Shown piece after piece: positions 44,145 to 54,282 of a stretch of 64,000 bases of DNA (its first letter is position 1; each line of letters opens with the position of its first letter). Origin of the DNA: Eubacteriales bacterium (GTDB lineage Bacteria > Bacillota > Clostridia > Oscillospirales > CAG-272); the NCBI GenBank assembly GCA_045535815.1, contig JAZSMJ010000006.1, positions 5,430 through 69,429 on the forward strand, written 5' to 3'. Under the pieces are notes generated by a model that was given only the letters and a program-made list of their open reading frames with translations, did not search any database and was not told the DNA's origin. Position numbers and translations under genes: made by a program.

Positions 44145-45536
44145 ATGGAAGAAAAAAACCAGGTACAGGAGCTGAAGGATCAGCTTTTTTACACTCCCAA
44201 AAACGTTTATTCAAAAGAAGGGATTGCAGATCAGATAATGGATTATGCTCAGGGTTATAAGACGTATCTTGACCGTGCTAAAACCGAAAGAGAAGCTGTT
44301 AGATATTCTATCGAGCTTGCAGAAAAAAACGGATACGTTTGCTATAATTTCGGAGATAAAATTGAAAAGGGCGGTAAATATTATTACAATAACAGAGATA
44401 AGAGCCTCTTCTTTTTCAAGATTGGAACACAGTCACCCGAAGAAGGAATATATATTTCTGCAGCACATATCGATTCTCCCAGACTTGACCTTAAGCAGTG
44501 CCCTGTATATGAGGATGGAGGAATGGGTTACTTCAAAACCCACTACTACGGCGGAATAAAGAAATATCAGTGGACTTCAATGCCGCTTGCAATTCACGGA
44601 AGCGTTGTGCTTTCTGATAACAGCAAGATCGATATAGTTATAGGTGAAGACGAAAACGATCCCGTTTTCTGTATAAACGACCTTCTTCCTCATCTTGCAA
44701 AGGATCAGATGGCAAAAACTCTTGCAGAGGGTATAACAGGCGAAGCTTTGAACGTTGTTGTAGGCTCAAGAGCTTATAACGACGAAGAGGGAGCGGACGC
44801 AATAAAGCTTAACGTTCTCAAGATACTTAACGATAAATACGGCATCAAGGAAGACGATTTCCTCAGCGCAGAGATCAACGTTGTTCCTGCTTTTAAAGCA
44901 CGAGACATAGGTCTTGACAGAAGCCTTATTGGCGGATACGGACACGATGACAGAGTTTGCGCATATCCGGCTCTTACAGCTATCTTTGAATCTGATAGCA
45001 GTGACAAGAATCTCATGGTAGTTCTTGCTGATAAGGAAGAGATAGGAAGCGTTGGCAATACAGGTATGCAGAGCAACGTATTTACCGATCTTATTGAAGA
45101 GATTGCTATTGCAATGGGAGCTAATCCGAGAGTAACAAGAATGAACTCAAAATGCTTATCTGCAGACGTTAACGCTGCCTATGACCCCAATTTTGCAGAG
45201 GTTTATGAAAGAAGAAACAGCGCATTTGTAAATCACGGTGTCGTTCTTTCAAAGTATACCGGTGCAAGAGGTAAATCCGGAACGTCAGATGCAAGTGCTG
45301 AATTCGTAGGATACGTTCGTTCAGTGCTTGACGCTGAAGGTGTTGTTTGGCAGACGGCAGAGCTCGGTAAGGTTGACCAGGGCGGCGGAGGAACGGTTGC
45401 GGCATATATCGCTAACCTCAACATCAACGTCGTTGACCTCGGAGTTCCCGTTCTTTCGATGCACGCTCCTTATGAGGTTATCTCTAAAGCAGATCTGTAT
45501 ATGACCCACAAGGCTTTTGCAGCCTTCAATAAATAA
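44145..45536 (+). CDS. M18-family aminopeptidase
   Basis: AHIDSPRLD, YYGGIKKYQW, DDR, EEIGS and SMHAP motifs. Confidence 0.93.
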   Translation: MEEKNQVQELKDQLFYTPKNVYSKEGIADQIMDYAQGYKTYLDRAKTEREAVRYSIELAEKNGYVCYNFGDKIEKGGKYYYNNRDKSLFFFKIGTQSPEEGIYISAAHIDSPRLDLKQCPVYEDGGMGYFKTHYYGGIKKYQWTSMPLAIHGSVVLSDNSKIDIVIGEDENDPVFCINDLLPHLAKDQMAKTLAEGITGEALNVVVGSRAYNDEEGADAIKLNVLKILNDKYGIKEDDFLSAEINVVPAFKARDIGLDRSLIGGYGHDDRVCAYPALTAIFESDSSDKNLMVVLADKEEIGSVGNTGMQSNVFTDLIEEIAIAMGANPRVTRMNSKCLSADVNAAYDPNFAEVYERRNSAFVNHGVVLSKYTGARGKSGTSDASAEFVGYVRSVLDAEGVVWQTAELGKVDQGGGGTVAAYIANLNINVVDLGVPVLSMHAPYEVISKADLYMTHKAFAAFNK

Positions 45537-45541
45537 AACAA

Positions 45542-45566
45542 AAGGGAAGTGCTGATCACTTCCCTT
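45542..45566 (+). terminator. Hairpin between the aminopeptidase gene and pepT
   Basis: AAGGGAAGTG-CTGAT-CACTTCCCTT; weak U-tail. Confidence 0.55.
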
Positions 45567-45597
45567 AATGATATAAAATCGAAAAGGATAGATCAAA

Positions 45598-46821
45598 ATG
45601 AACGTTCTTGAAAGATTTCTCGAATATGTAAAAATACCGACAGTAAGCGATCCGTCGTGTGAAACGGTGCCTTCGACCGATAAACAGTTCGTGCTTGCCA
45701 AAAAGCTTGCGCAGGAGCTTGTTTCTATCGGAGCAGAGAATGTAGAATGTGACGATAAATGTTACGTTTACGGGGAAATTAAAGCCTCTGAAGGCTATGA
45801 AAATGCTCCAAGGATAGGATTTGTTGCTCATATGGATACAGCTCCGGATTTCTGCGGTGATAACGTATCTCCAAAAGTTATCACAAACTACGACGGAGCG
45901 GATATACCTCTCGGAGATAGCGGAAGAACCCTATCATCAAAAGAATTTCCGCATCTGAAGAATCTTTGCGGAAAAACACTTGTAGTCACCGACGGAACTA
46001 CTCTTCTCGGCGGAGATGATAAGGCAGGAGTAGCCGAGATAATGACCGCCGTTGAAAAAATAATATCAGAAGGTATACCGCACGGTAAGATCTCCATATG
46101 CTTTACTCCGGATGAGGAGATCGGAAGAGGAGCAGATGAATTTTCGATAGACCGTTTCGGTGCTGATTTTGCATATACCGTAGACGGTGGAAATATTTCC
46201 GAGGTAGAATACGAAAACTTCAATGCCTGCGGAGCAGTATATGAGGTTAGCGGCTTTAACGTTCATCCCGGCTCGTCAAAGGATACCATGATAAACGCTC
46301 AGCTCGTTGCAATGGAGATAAATTCGATGCTCCCCAAAGGTCAAACACCAAGAGATACCGAGGGATACGAGGGATTCTTCCATCTCTGTTCAATGGAGGG
46401 ATGCGTTGAGAAAGCCACGCTTGAGTATATAATCAGAGACCACAGTGCTGAGAGATTTGAAGAAAGAAAGAGGATTCTTACTGATATAGCTGAAAAGATC
46501 AATGCTAAATACGGAGAGGGTACCGTAAAGCTTACCATCCGTGATCAGTACAGAAATATGGAGGAGATAATTAAGCAGCACTTCCATCTTATTGAAAATG
46601 CGCTTAGTGCCATAAGAAGCGTCGGAGAAGATGCACACACAGTTCCGATAAGAGGAGGCACCGACGGAGCGAGACTCTCGTTTATGGGTCTTCCGTGCCC
46701 CAATATTGGCACCGGATGCTATGCCGGTCACGGTCCGTATGAGCACGCAGTCGTTGAAGATATGGAAAAGGTAGTCGATATAATTCTCGGAATTATTCAG
46801 CTCTATTCTCAAAAACAATAA
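45598..46821 (+). CDS. pepT: Peptidase T
   Basis: AHMDT, LGGDDKAG, PDEEIG and IRGGTDG motifs. Confidence 0.96.
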   Translation: MNVLERFLEYVKIPTVSDPSCETVPSTDKQFVLAKKLAQELVSIGAENVECDDKCYVYGEIKASEGYENAPRIGFVAHMDTAPDFCGDNVSPKVITNYDGADIPLGDSGRTLSSKEFPHLKNLCGKTLVVTDGTTLLGGDDKAGVAEIMTAVEKIISEGIPHGKISICFTPDEEIGRGADEFSIDRFGADFAYTVDGGNISEVEYENFNACGAVYEVSGFNVHPGSSKDTMINAQLVAMEINSMLPKGQTPRDTEGYEGFFHLCSMEGCVEKATLEYIIRDHSAERFEERKRILTDIAEKINAKYGEGTVKLTIRDQYRNMEEIIKQHFHLIENALSAIRSVGEDAHTVPIRGGTDGARLSFMGLPCPNIGTGCYAGHGPYEHAVVEDMEKVVDIILGIIQLYSQKQ

Positions 46822-46866
46822 TTGTATGCTTTAATTAACAATAATCAATGTAAAATTTGAACATAT

Positions 46867-46898
46867 AACAGCCTCGGTAGGAAACTACCGAGGCTGTT
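46867..46898. terminator. Intrinsic terminator
   Basis: AACAGCCTCGGTAG-GAAA-CTACCGAGGCTGTT. Confidence 0.85.
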
Positions 46899-46917
46899 TG
46901 TAATATGGGACAATTAA

Positions 46918-48012
46918 TTATTTAACATTCCACTCGCCCGCATATTCAGAAAGGCGTTCCTTGATTTTAATAAAATCATCTTTTTTTCGTATTTTATCAA
47001 AAACGGGGTCTTCCATTTTCTTGAGTAGCATTGACGCATCGTTTTCAATAGAATCTGTAGCCCATGTGCCATGCTCTTTGCCACGAAAAACAAGGGATGT
47101 CTGTTCTTCATAAACAGATGTAATAAATTTTATGGCGTGTTCCTCGGCCAAAGAAAGATGGTGCAAAGCCTTTTCATAGTCTTCTTTTATTGCATAATAA
47201 AAGGCTTGTTCACGATGAGTGTCGCATAAATGAGTATGATAAAATCCGAAATCACCGTTTTCAAAAAACAAATGTAACAATGCAATACGTTTATCCCGAA
47301 TGATAGCAGCTTCCTCAGGTGTGTATACCATCTCCCCTGAATCCATTTTTGTTTGTAAAGAGAATAAGCTATTTGAAAGGAATTGAAGCAAATTAAAAGT
47401 TTTAATCTGCTTAGAGTCATATGCTTTATTTCCTGAATAAACCATACTAAGCAACATTTCTTGTGAAACGGACATAAATGGCATAGAATTTGCCATTTTT
47501 ACGGCTTCATCCAATCGATCAACATCTTTATAAGAAAAACACAGAATCTGAATTGCACTATGCCTTTGATGATCATCTGTACTATGTTTAAGTATTTTTT
47601 CTCCCCATTTTATTGTCTCATCGAGATATTTGCGGTCTCCTGTAACATCTTTTTGCCAAAAAGAAACACACATAAGATTATCTATGATATCGCAATTATC
47701 GGGATATATTCGCAGCCCGTCTTCCAATATTTTGCGTGCTTTCTCCAAATGTCCTCGGCTTGAATATTTGTGAGCTTCATCACAAATTGCACTTATATTT
47801 TTTTGCTTTTGTACAAGATCAATTTCTAAAAGTTCATCTGAAGTAACATTAAATAAATTGCAAAGTGGAGCAATAAGCGAAATGTCGGGCATCGCCATAT
47901 CGGTCTCCCAGCGGCTGACTGCTTGCGGAGAAATAGAGAGAATTTCTGCAAGCTGTTCTTGTGTCATATTACGCTCACGTCGAAGCTTTTTGATTGTTTT
48001 TCCAAGACTCAT
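46918..48012 (-). CDS. XRE-family HTH regulator with a TPR-like helical C-terminus
   Basis: LRRERNMTQEQLAE...AVSRWE...PD helix-turn-helix followed by helical repeats; AT-rich. Confidence 0.85.
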   Translation of the reverse strand: MSLGKTIKKLRRERNMTQEQLAEILSISPQAVSRWETDMAMPDISLIAPLCNLFNVTSDELLEIDLVQKQKNISAICDEAHKYSSRGHLEKARKILEDGLRIYPDNCDIIDNLMCVSFWQKDVTGDRKYLDETIKWGEKILKHSTDDHQRHSAIQILCFSYKDVDRLDEAVKMANSMPFMSVSQEMLLSMVYSGNKAYDSKQIKTFNLLQFLSNSLFSLQTKMDSGEMVYTPEEAAIIRDKRIALLHLFFENGDFGFYHTHLCDTHREQAFYYAIKEDYEKALHHLSLAEEHAIKFITSVYEEQTSLVFRGKEHGTWATDSIENDASMLLKKMEDPVFDKIRKKDDFIKIKERLSEYAGEWNVK

Positions 48013-48188
48013 AGCATAACTCCTTTAATAAAAATATTTTGTCGGGCCGACTGTGATTATATTATACAATTTAGTTTGTTATCTGTCTATATCTCATCAA
48101 TTGGGAAAAATTCTATTTTAAATTGTTTTTTTGATGATAGAATTGACGCAATACCACGCCAGCGGTAAGTAAGTGAGCCACTGTTGGC

Positions 48189-48218
48189 AAAAAAGCCTCC
48201 CTTTTTGTAAAGGGAGGC
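48189..48218 (-). terminator. Intrinsic terminator after the aldo/keto reductase
   Basis: GCCTCCC/GGGAGGC stem with a minus-strand T-tract. Confidence 0.7.
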
Positions 48219-48298
48219 ATGATTGTTTTTGCTATATGATTATAAAAACTGTCCTTTAGAGTTCAAAGTATTGGCTTCTATTTTTTTATGGAAGTATA

Positions 48299-49249
48299 TC
48301 AGATGTTAAGCTCTGCAAGCTTTGCATCTATCTTAGCCATTTCCTCATCTGTGAGGGACCAATCGAATGCAGCGCAGTTTTCCTTTGCTTCGTAAACGTT
48401 TCTGACTCCGCAAAGCGCTGTGCCGACGTAATCCTTCTGCGTGCTCCAGTTAAGAGCTATCTGTGCAAGCGGACGTCCGTTTTCAGCAGAGATTTCGTCA
48501 AGTGTCTTCAAAAGCTCCATGCACTTTGAGAACTTGGGTTCTTTATAAAAATCGTAGAACGTAAAGCGGAAATCAGCAGGATCCCAGTTGGGTATCTCGC
48601 GGATAGCACCGGTGAGAATTCCTGATCCGAGACTGCCGTATGTGAAGGATGAAATACCGTTTCCTGCACACCACTTCATAAGCTCTTTTTCGGTCTGATT
48701 TACCATAGAGTAAGGGGGCTGTATAACGTCGATCTCAGCGGTTTTTCTGCATTCTTCAATCATAGCCTGATCAAAGTTAGAAACACCGAGATATCTGATC
48801 TTGCCCTGCTTTTTAAGATCAAGCATTGCTCCCATGGTCTCTTCAAAAGGAGTGTTAGGATCAGGCCAGTGCACGAAATAAAAGTCAATATAATCAACGT
48901 CAAGTCTTTTGAGTGAATCATCGCACTCTTTAAAGCAGTTCTTTCTTGAACCGTCACGCGGAACCTCAGCATTTACACCCTGATCGAATCCGATACCAAA
49001 TTTTGTAGCTACATAAATCTTGTCTCTGGGCAATCCTTTAATAGCTCTGCCTACGATTTCCTCGGAGACACCGCTGTTATAGAACGGCGCAGTATCGATA
49101 AGGTTAACACCTTGATCGAACATATAGTGAATGGCGTCAATCGAATCCTTTTCGGTAACTTCACCGTATCTTGCTCCGCCTATAGCCCACGTTCCGACTG
49201 CAAGTGCGGAAACGTCAACTCCGGCATTTTGTAAATGTTTGTAACGCAT
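48299..49249 (-). CDS. Aldo/keto reductase
   Basis: GTW, IDTAPFY, ATKFG, SLKRL, HWPD and GVSNF motifs. Confidence 0.95.
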   Translation of the reverse strand: MRYKHLQNAGVDVSALAVGTWAIGGARYGEVTEKDSIDAIHYMFDQGVNLIDTAPFYNSGVSEEIVGRAIKGLPRDKIYVATKFGIGFDQGVNAEVPRDGSRKNCFKECDDSLKRLDVDYIDFYFVHWPDPNTPFEETMGAMLDLKKQGKIRYLGVSNFDQAMIEECRKTAEIDVIQPPYSMVNQTEKELMKWCAGNGISSFTYGSLGSGILTGAIREIPNWDPADFRFTFYDFYKEPKFSKCMELLKTLDEISAENGRPLAQIALNWSTQKDYVGTALCGVRNVYEAKENCAAFDWSLTDEEMAKIDAKLAELNI

Positions 49250-49428
49250 ATTAAATCCTCCTTAAAAAGATTTCATAAGTTTATTATAGCAACATAAAAA
49301 TAATATTTAAATACTATTTTGAAAATAGTGAACATAATGTCAAATGACGAAGCGACTTATCCTTTAAAAAGCAAGTTTTTTTGTTCTTTTAAAAACTGCT
49401 TATCATACTTTTTGTTAAACAGTTTAAA

Positions 49429-49458
49429 TAAAACCGGATTCATGAGAATCCGGTTTTA
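49429..49458 (-). terminator. Intrinsic terminator
   Basis: TAAAACCGGATTC-ATGA-GAATCCGGTTTTA. Confidence 0.8.
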
Positions 49459-49470
49459 ATTTAATACTAT

Positions 49471-50139
49471 TTAAACTTGATGAGCGTTGTAGGGCATTCT
49501 TCTGTTAGGACAGGAAATTCTGGGGCAGAGCATACAGTTTTCGTATTCTTTTTCAGATGCGAAAAATATTCCGGATCCCGATTTTGAAGGAAGCATCAAG
49601 AAGCTTTCGGTCAGTATGACTCCGGTATCCTCAAATGCAGTTTTAAGAATGTCAAACAGCTGTCTTTGACCGCTGATGGGCCATTCCTTTAAAGAACCGG
49701 GATTAACTGCAGCAATTTTATCCGCTTTTATGAAATTATCTATTACATACTGCCTTGTTTTCATCATAAAAGCATAGAGATATAATTCGCATATCGAATC
49801 TGCAATATAATTTTCTATAGGGTCTTCTTTAGTGCTTTTCCAATCGTCAAGCTCTCTGCCGCAGCTTACAACGTACGGATAAAGATATTGCTGATCCTTT
49901 GTTAATGATGCAACGTGAGAAGAATCGATAGTAACGCCGTCTATTATCAGCTTTTCACCGTCGTTGAATTCAGGCTCGGATTCAATTATAAGTGCCTTGG
50001 GATTGGCAATTTTTTCTGCTTCGCCAAGAAGTGCTTTAACCGTATCTGCATCGTCTTCCCATTGAGCTATCAATTTATCCGTTTTTATATCTTCTGCAGA
50101 AATCGGAAGGTCTGACGCAGTTAAATTAAACTTTTTCAT
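49471..50139 (-). CDS. Stand-alone protein resembling the B12-methionine synthase activation domain
   Basis: NPGSLKEWPI, GVxLTESFLMLPSKSGSG and C-terminal CxxCPxxxCPNRR. Confidence 0.7.
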   Translation of the reverse strand: MKKFNLTASDLPISAEDIKTDKLIAQWEDDADTVKALLGEAEKIANPKALIIESEPEFNDGEKLIIDGVTIDSSHVASLTKDQQYLYPYVVSCGRELDDWKSTKEDPIENYIADSICELYLYAFMMKTRQYVIDNFIKADKIAAVNPGSLKEWPISGQRQLFDILKTAFEDTGVILTESFLMLPSKSGSGIFFASEKEYENCMLCPRISCPNRRMPYNAHQV

Positions 50140-50150
50140 AACTAAACCTC

Positions 50151-50837
50151 TCAATTGTCACTATGTTTCTTATCTCGAGCTTTAATGCTTTTGATATGCT
50201 TTCTTTTTACACCGAAGCATCTGACTGCATTTGCAGCGATGGAGTTTGATACTCTGTGTATTTCGTGATTGGATATAGAACGAATTGCGCTCTTGTCCTT
50301 CAAATATTTTACAAGGGTGTCAGCATAGGTAAGATTTTCATAGCGGTGCTTGAATTTTACGTTCTGATCGGCAAAAACAACCACGCTGTGCATTGGAATG
50401 TTATATATGCCGTCACGCTTTAATACGTCGCTTACGGCTCTGATATGAGCTGCGTTTTGCTCAAAAGGATTATGAAACGCAAGATGCTTTTCTCCGTAGT
50501 GCTGACACCAATCACCCATAGCAGGGTTGTCTATAAAGCCTTTGCTGCCTTTAACTTCAATAACGAATATTCCGGCTTTTGTAACCAGAAGAATGTCGAT
50601 CTCAGTAACCTTATCGGTATTATAAGCGCTTTTAGGGAGATAAATGTTTCTGAAAACGTTTTTGGGATTAAAAGCAAGCTTTACAAGCTTTGAAATATAA
50701 TTTTCAGTTTCGCGGCCGTATTTAAGTATATCCTTTGATGCTTTAGCCGATGCCACTTTCTTGTATATAAAAAGGAATATAATAAGCAGTAACAGCAGAA
50801 AAACAACTGCGCCTAATGCTATTAAAAAGTATTTCAT
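50151..50837 (-). CDS. Membrane-anchored NERD (nuclease-related domain) protein
   Basis: N-terminal TM, GxETE, EID, GIFVIEVK and NPFEQN motifs. Confidence 0.85.
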   Translation of the reverse strand: MKYFLIALGAVVFLLLLLIIFLFIYKKVASAKASKDILKYGRETENYISKLVKLAFNPKNVFRNIYLPKSAYNTDKVTEIDILLVTKAGIFVIEVKGSKGFIDNPAMGDWCQHYGEKHLAFHNPFEQNAAHIRAVSDVLKRDGIYNIPMHSVVVFADQNVKFKHRYENLTYADTLVKYLKDKSAIRSISNHEIHRVSNSIAANAVRCFGVKRKHIKSIKARDKKHSDN

Positions 50838-50911
50838 TTTAAACCTCTGTATTATTAAACAAAAAGGCGGAAGCAAGATAAGCCATGCTGCCGCCGTATT
50901 TGCATAGGTAA

Positions 50912-51142
50912 TTATGCTCCGGTAATCTCAGAAAGATAATTTACTATATCGCCTACGGTGATAAAGCCGTGTATATCCTCGTCCTTAACTTCGATGCTGT
51001 ACTTTTCTTCGCAGAGAAGAATAAGATCCGCAAGCTCCAAAGAGTTGATACCGAGATCGTTTACAAGCTCAGATTCGGGCTTGATGGTGTCTGCATCGAT
51101 CTGCAAATTTTCAACAAGAATATTTTTTACTTCTTCAAACAT
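50912..51142 (-). CDS. Acyl carrier protein
   Basis: 76 aa, acidic; DLGINSLEL phosphopantetheine Ser and TVGDIV. Confidence 0.9.
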   Translation of the reverse strand: MFEEVKNILVENLQIDADTIKPESELVNDLGINSLELADLILLCEEKYSIEVKDEDIHGFITVGDIVNYLSEITGA

Positions 51143-51172
51143 AATATAAATCCTCCGATGTATGTGTAAAAA

Positions 51173-52873
51173 TTATTTAACGGTAAATCTTTTGATCTTT
51201 CTTGACGTGGTCTTTTCAAATTCAGTATCACGCAGCTCGATCTCACGTATCTGCTTGAAAGAGGGCAGATTTTTATTGATTTTATTTACTTCAGCCTTGA
51301 TGGTCTCGTATATTTCATCCTTTGATACGTCTTTAAACATATCATAATTCGGATATACTATCGCAGTAATAACCGGCTCATTATTTGCGTTATTTCTTCC
51401 AATAACTACAGATTCTGCAATCATATCGCATCTGCCGAGATATTCCTCGATCTCTTCGGGGAAAACGTTCTTTCCGTTAGAAAGGATAATAACGTTTTTC
51501 TTTCTTCCGGTGATGAAAATATAGTTTTTATCATCTATATATCCGATATCTCCGGTGCGGAACCATCCGTCTTCTGTAAATACTTCCTTTGTAGCCTCTT
51601 CGTTCTTGTAATATCCGAGCATAACGTTTTCGCCCTTTACAAGAATCTCTCCCGTGCCGTCCTCAGCCGGATGGTCAATCTTGACCTGACAGCCCCAAAC
51701 GGGTTGACCGACGGATCTGTATTTTATTTTTCCGGGGGAATTGACGGCAACCAAGGGTGCACATTCGGTAATTCCATAGCCTTCGAGAACGATTATTCCG
51801 AAGCTGTTAAAGTCCTTTATAAGCTGAGGATTCAGCGGAGCGCCACCACAAACGATCGAACGAAGATTGCCGCCGAGAGCACCTGTTATCTGCGCAAAAA
51901 GCTTTCCTCTGAGGTCAATGCCTATCTTAAGAAGAGCATCACTTAAAGCCATTGCTGTACGAACCTTTTTACGCATTCCTTTTTTATCTATCTCAAGCCA
52001 TATCTTTTTGTACATAGTCTCAACAAAAAGAGGTACAAGCATAAGAGCGTTCGGCTTGAAATATCCGAAATTGCGAAGTGCATTTTTTAAACTGTCGTTT
52101 ATAAAAATTGATGCGCCGAGATTTGAAATAGCAAAGTGCCCGCAGGTGACCTCATATGAATGATTCATAGGAAGAACCGACACAAAGGTGTTGCGGTCAT
52201 CATACTCCATAGACTGACACGCTGCATTCGTTGCGGCAGTAAGATTATGCTGAGAAAGCATAACTCCCTTGCTCGTTCCGGTAGTTCCTGATGTGAAGAG
52301 AAGGGCTACCATCTTTTCCATATCGATCTTATGATCAACAAATACGGTGTTACCGCCCTCAAGCTCTTTCTTACCCTCTTCGAGAAGATAATTTATTGCA
52401 ATAACATCATCCGCAGACATATCTTCGGATGAATCGTGTATCGGAATGAAAAACTTGACGTTTGGTAACTGTTCTCTGTAATTGATAAGTCTATTATTGA
52501 AGCTTTCGGTATAAACGATAGCGCACGCTTCACTCAGGTTGAGAAAATTGATTATTTCTTGATCGGCAAGCTCTTTATCAAGCGGAATAATAACACCGCC
52601 ACCGTTTACAGCAGCGTAATATGCTGTCATATAATAGGGGTGTGTTTCACCAATAACGGCAATGTTCTTTCCCATAATGCCGAGCTTTGCAAACGCTGTA
52701 CCGAGATAATTCATATTATTATAATGCTCAAGATATGTTATTCTGCATTCTTTTTTATTTTGCATATAATAATAAAGAACGTTATCGGGATATAAATCAG
52801 CACTTGATTTTACAAGATCTCTAAGATCAGTTATGATTTTGGGAGTCTTATTTGCTTTCAGTTTGATAGGCAT
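51173..52873 (-). CDS. Long-chain fatty acid--CoA/ACP ligase (AMP-binding)
   Basis: FTSGTTGTSKG, EGYGITE, GWFRTGD, GRKKN and SRKIKR motifs; start at MPIKL after GAAAGG. Confidence 0.92.
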   Translation of the reverse strand: MPIKLKANKTPKIITDLRDLVKSSADLYPDNVLYYYMQNKKECRITYLEHYNNMNYLGTAFAKLGIMGKNIAVIGETHPYYMTAYYAAVNGGGVIIPLDKELADQEIINFLNLSEACAIVYTESFNNRLINYREQLPNVKFFIPIHDSSEDMSADDVIAINYLLEEGKKELEGGNTVFVDHKIDMEKMVALLFTSGTTGTSKGVMLSQHNLTAATNAACQSMEYDDRNTFVSVLPMNHSYEVTCGHFAISNLGASIFINDSLKNALRNFGYFKPNALMLVPLFVETMYKKIWLEIDKKGMRKKVRTAMALSDALLKIGIDLRGKLFAQITGALGGNLRSIVCGGAPLNPQLIKDFNSFGIIVLEGYGITECAPLVAVNSPGKIKYRSVGQPVWGCQVKIDHPAEDGTGEILVKGENVMLGYYKNEEATKEVFTEDGWFRTGDIGYIDDKNYIFITGRKKNVIILSNGKNVFPEEIEEYLGRCDMIAESVVIGRNNANNEPVITAIVYPNYDMFKDVSKDEIYETIKAEVNKINKNLPSFKQIREIELRDTEFEKTTSRKIKRFTVK

Positions 52874-53116
52874 ATGTACGTTCCTTTCATAATACAACTG
52901 ATAGTTACAAAATGACCATCCATTATTATACAAAACAAAAATATTTTTGTCAACAAGTAAAAATGGGTTTGATACTGTATGTAAAGTAAATATCAAAAAA
53001 ACATTAGGTATATTATAGGGTTGACTTTTTCATCGATTGGTGTTAGAATCTTTATCATCAAAAATTATTACTGTATATTTAGAGCAAATAGCTTGTATCA
53101 ACGAAAGGATAATATT

Positions 53117-53833
53117 ATGTTTGATTGGTATCAGGAGGCAGTATACATTTTCAGGATACTTTTATCGGGCGTATGCGGTATACTGGTTGGACTTGAAAGG
53201 AAAAACCGTTCAAAGGAAGCGGGAATACGCACCCATTTCGTAGTTGCGTGCGGTGCGGCATTGATTATGATAATATCAAAATACGCATTCTTTGACGTCA
53301 TTAGCGGTGAAGCCTTTTCCGGAGCTGATATAAGACTCGATCCTTCACGAGTTGCTTCAACGATAGCAAGCGGTATAGGTTTTCTCGGTGCAGGTATGAT
53401 TTTTGTGCAAAAGAATACCGTAAAGGGTCTTACAACAGCGGCAGGAATATGGACAACGTCGGGTATCGGTATGGCGATAGGCTCGGGTATGTATATCCTT
53501 GGCGTTTCTGTGACGTTTATAATACTAATTGCACAGCTTATCCTTCATCTTAATTTCAGACGGCTAAGAAATACCAAAACCAAGCTTTTAACAGTAAAGG
53601 ACGTGTGCGAAGAGGGATATCAGCAGTATATTTCCGATGAATTTCAGAAAAATAAAATAAGTATCAGGGAAACGTCAATAGAAAGTTCGCAGGACGGTGA
53701 AAAAAGAAATTACAGATTTGTAATAGACGTTCCGTCTGAGATAAACGAAGAAGAAATAATGATGTTAACAAAATACAGAAGCAGTATAAGGAACCACACA
53801 AAAAATAAAGATATCGAACAATCGATGGAATAA
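53117..53833 (+). CDS. MgtC/SapB family membrane protein
   Basis: GLER, AGIRTH, DPSRVA, GIGFLGAG and GLTTAA motifs. Confidence 0.93.
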   Translation: MFDWYQEAVYIFRILLSGVCGILVGLERKNRSKEAGIRTHFVVACGAALIMIISKYAFFDVISGEAFSGADIRLDPSRVASTIASGIGFLGAGMIFVQKNTVKGLTTAAGIWTTSGIGMAIGSGMYILGVSVTFIILIAQLILHLNFRRLRNTKTKLLTVKDVCEEGYQQYISDEFQKNKISIRETSIESSQDGEKRNYRFVIDVPSEINEEEIMMLTKYRSSIRNHTKNKDIEQSME

Positions 53834-53887
53834 ATCAGCAGGGTAATTTTTATTTCTTCTTTCTAAATTAAATATTTGGTAAAACTC

Positions 53888-53917
53888 TTGACAAACGCAT
53901 CATGACTTTGCTATAAT
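53888..53917 (+). promoter_or_regulatory. sigmaA promoter of tRNA-Leu
   Basis: TTGACA-18 nt-TATAAT with an extended TG. Confidence 0.75.
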
Positions 53918-53955
53918 AATGTCTGTCAATCGGAAAGATTGGTAAATATCATAAT

Positions 53956-54042
53956 GCGGGTATGGCGGAATTGGCAGACGCGCTAGATTCAGGTTCTAGT
54001 GGGGGCAACTTCGTGAAGGTTCAAGTCCTTTTACCCGCACCA
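53956..54042 (+). tRNA. tRNA-Leu (CAG)
   Basis: GCGGGTA/TACCCGC acceptor stem, CTAGA-TTCAGGT-TCTAG anticodon arm, long variable arm, GGTTCAAGTCC T-arm and encoded CCA. Confidence 0.96.
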
Positions 54043-54044
54043 CT

Positions 54045-54085
54045 AAAAAAGTCACTTTTGTCTACCGACAAAGGTGACCTTTTTT
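54045..54085 (+). terminator. tRNA-Leu terminator with TTTGTC-TACC-GACAAA core
   Basis: AAAAAAGTCACTTTTGTC-TACC-GACAAAGGTGACCTTTTTT. Confidence 0.8.
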
Positions 54086-54086
54086 A

Positions 54087-54254
54087 ATGATATCCGTTCC
54101 TTGCGGAACGGGTGATATATCTTCGATATGATATCGCACTTCGTGCGATGATATATGCCTGCGGCATATGAATGAACGGATATTATATCATGCTTGCGTA
54201 GCAAGTATATCATGCGGAGATGCCGTATATCATATCGCGTCAGCGATATATCAT
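54087..54254. repeat. Mirror-symmetric hairpin array 1 (4x TGATAT+hairpin, then 4x TATATCA)
   Basis: TGATAT at 54088, 54113, 54129 and 54149; TATATCA at 54184, 54206, 54226 and 54247; short palindromes between them. Confidence 0.9.
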
Positions 54255-54282
54255 TGAAAAGCACAATAATTTATGATATAAT
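54254..54282 (+). promoter_or_regulatory. sigmaA promoter at the end of array 1
   Basis: TTGAAA-17 nt-TATAAT with an extended TG, 22 nt before the four-helix-bundle ATG. Confidence 0.75.
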
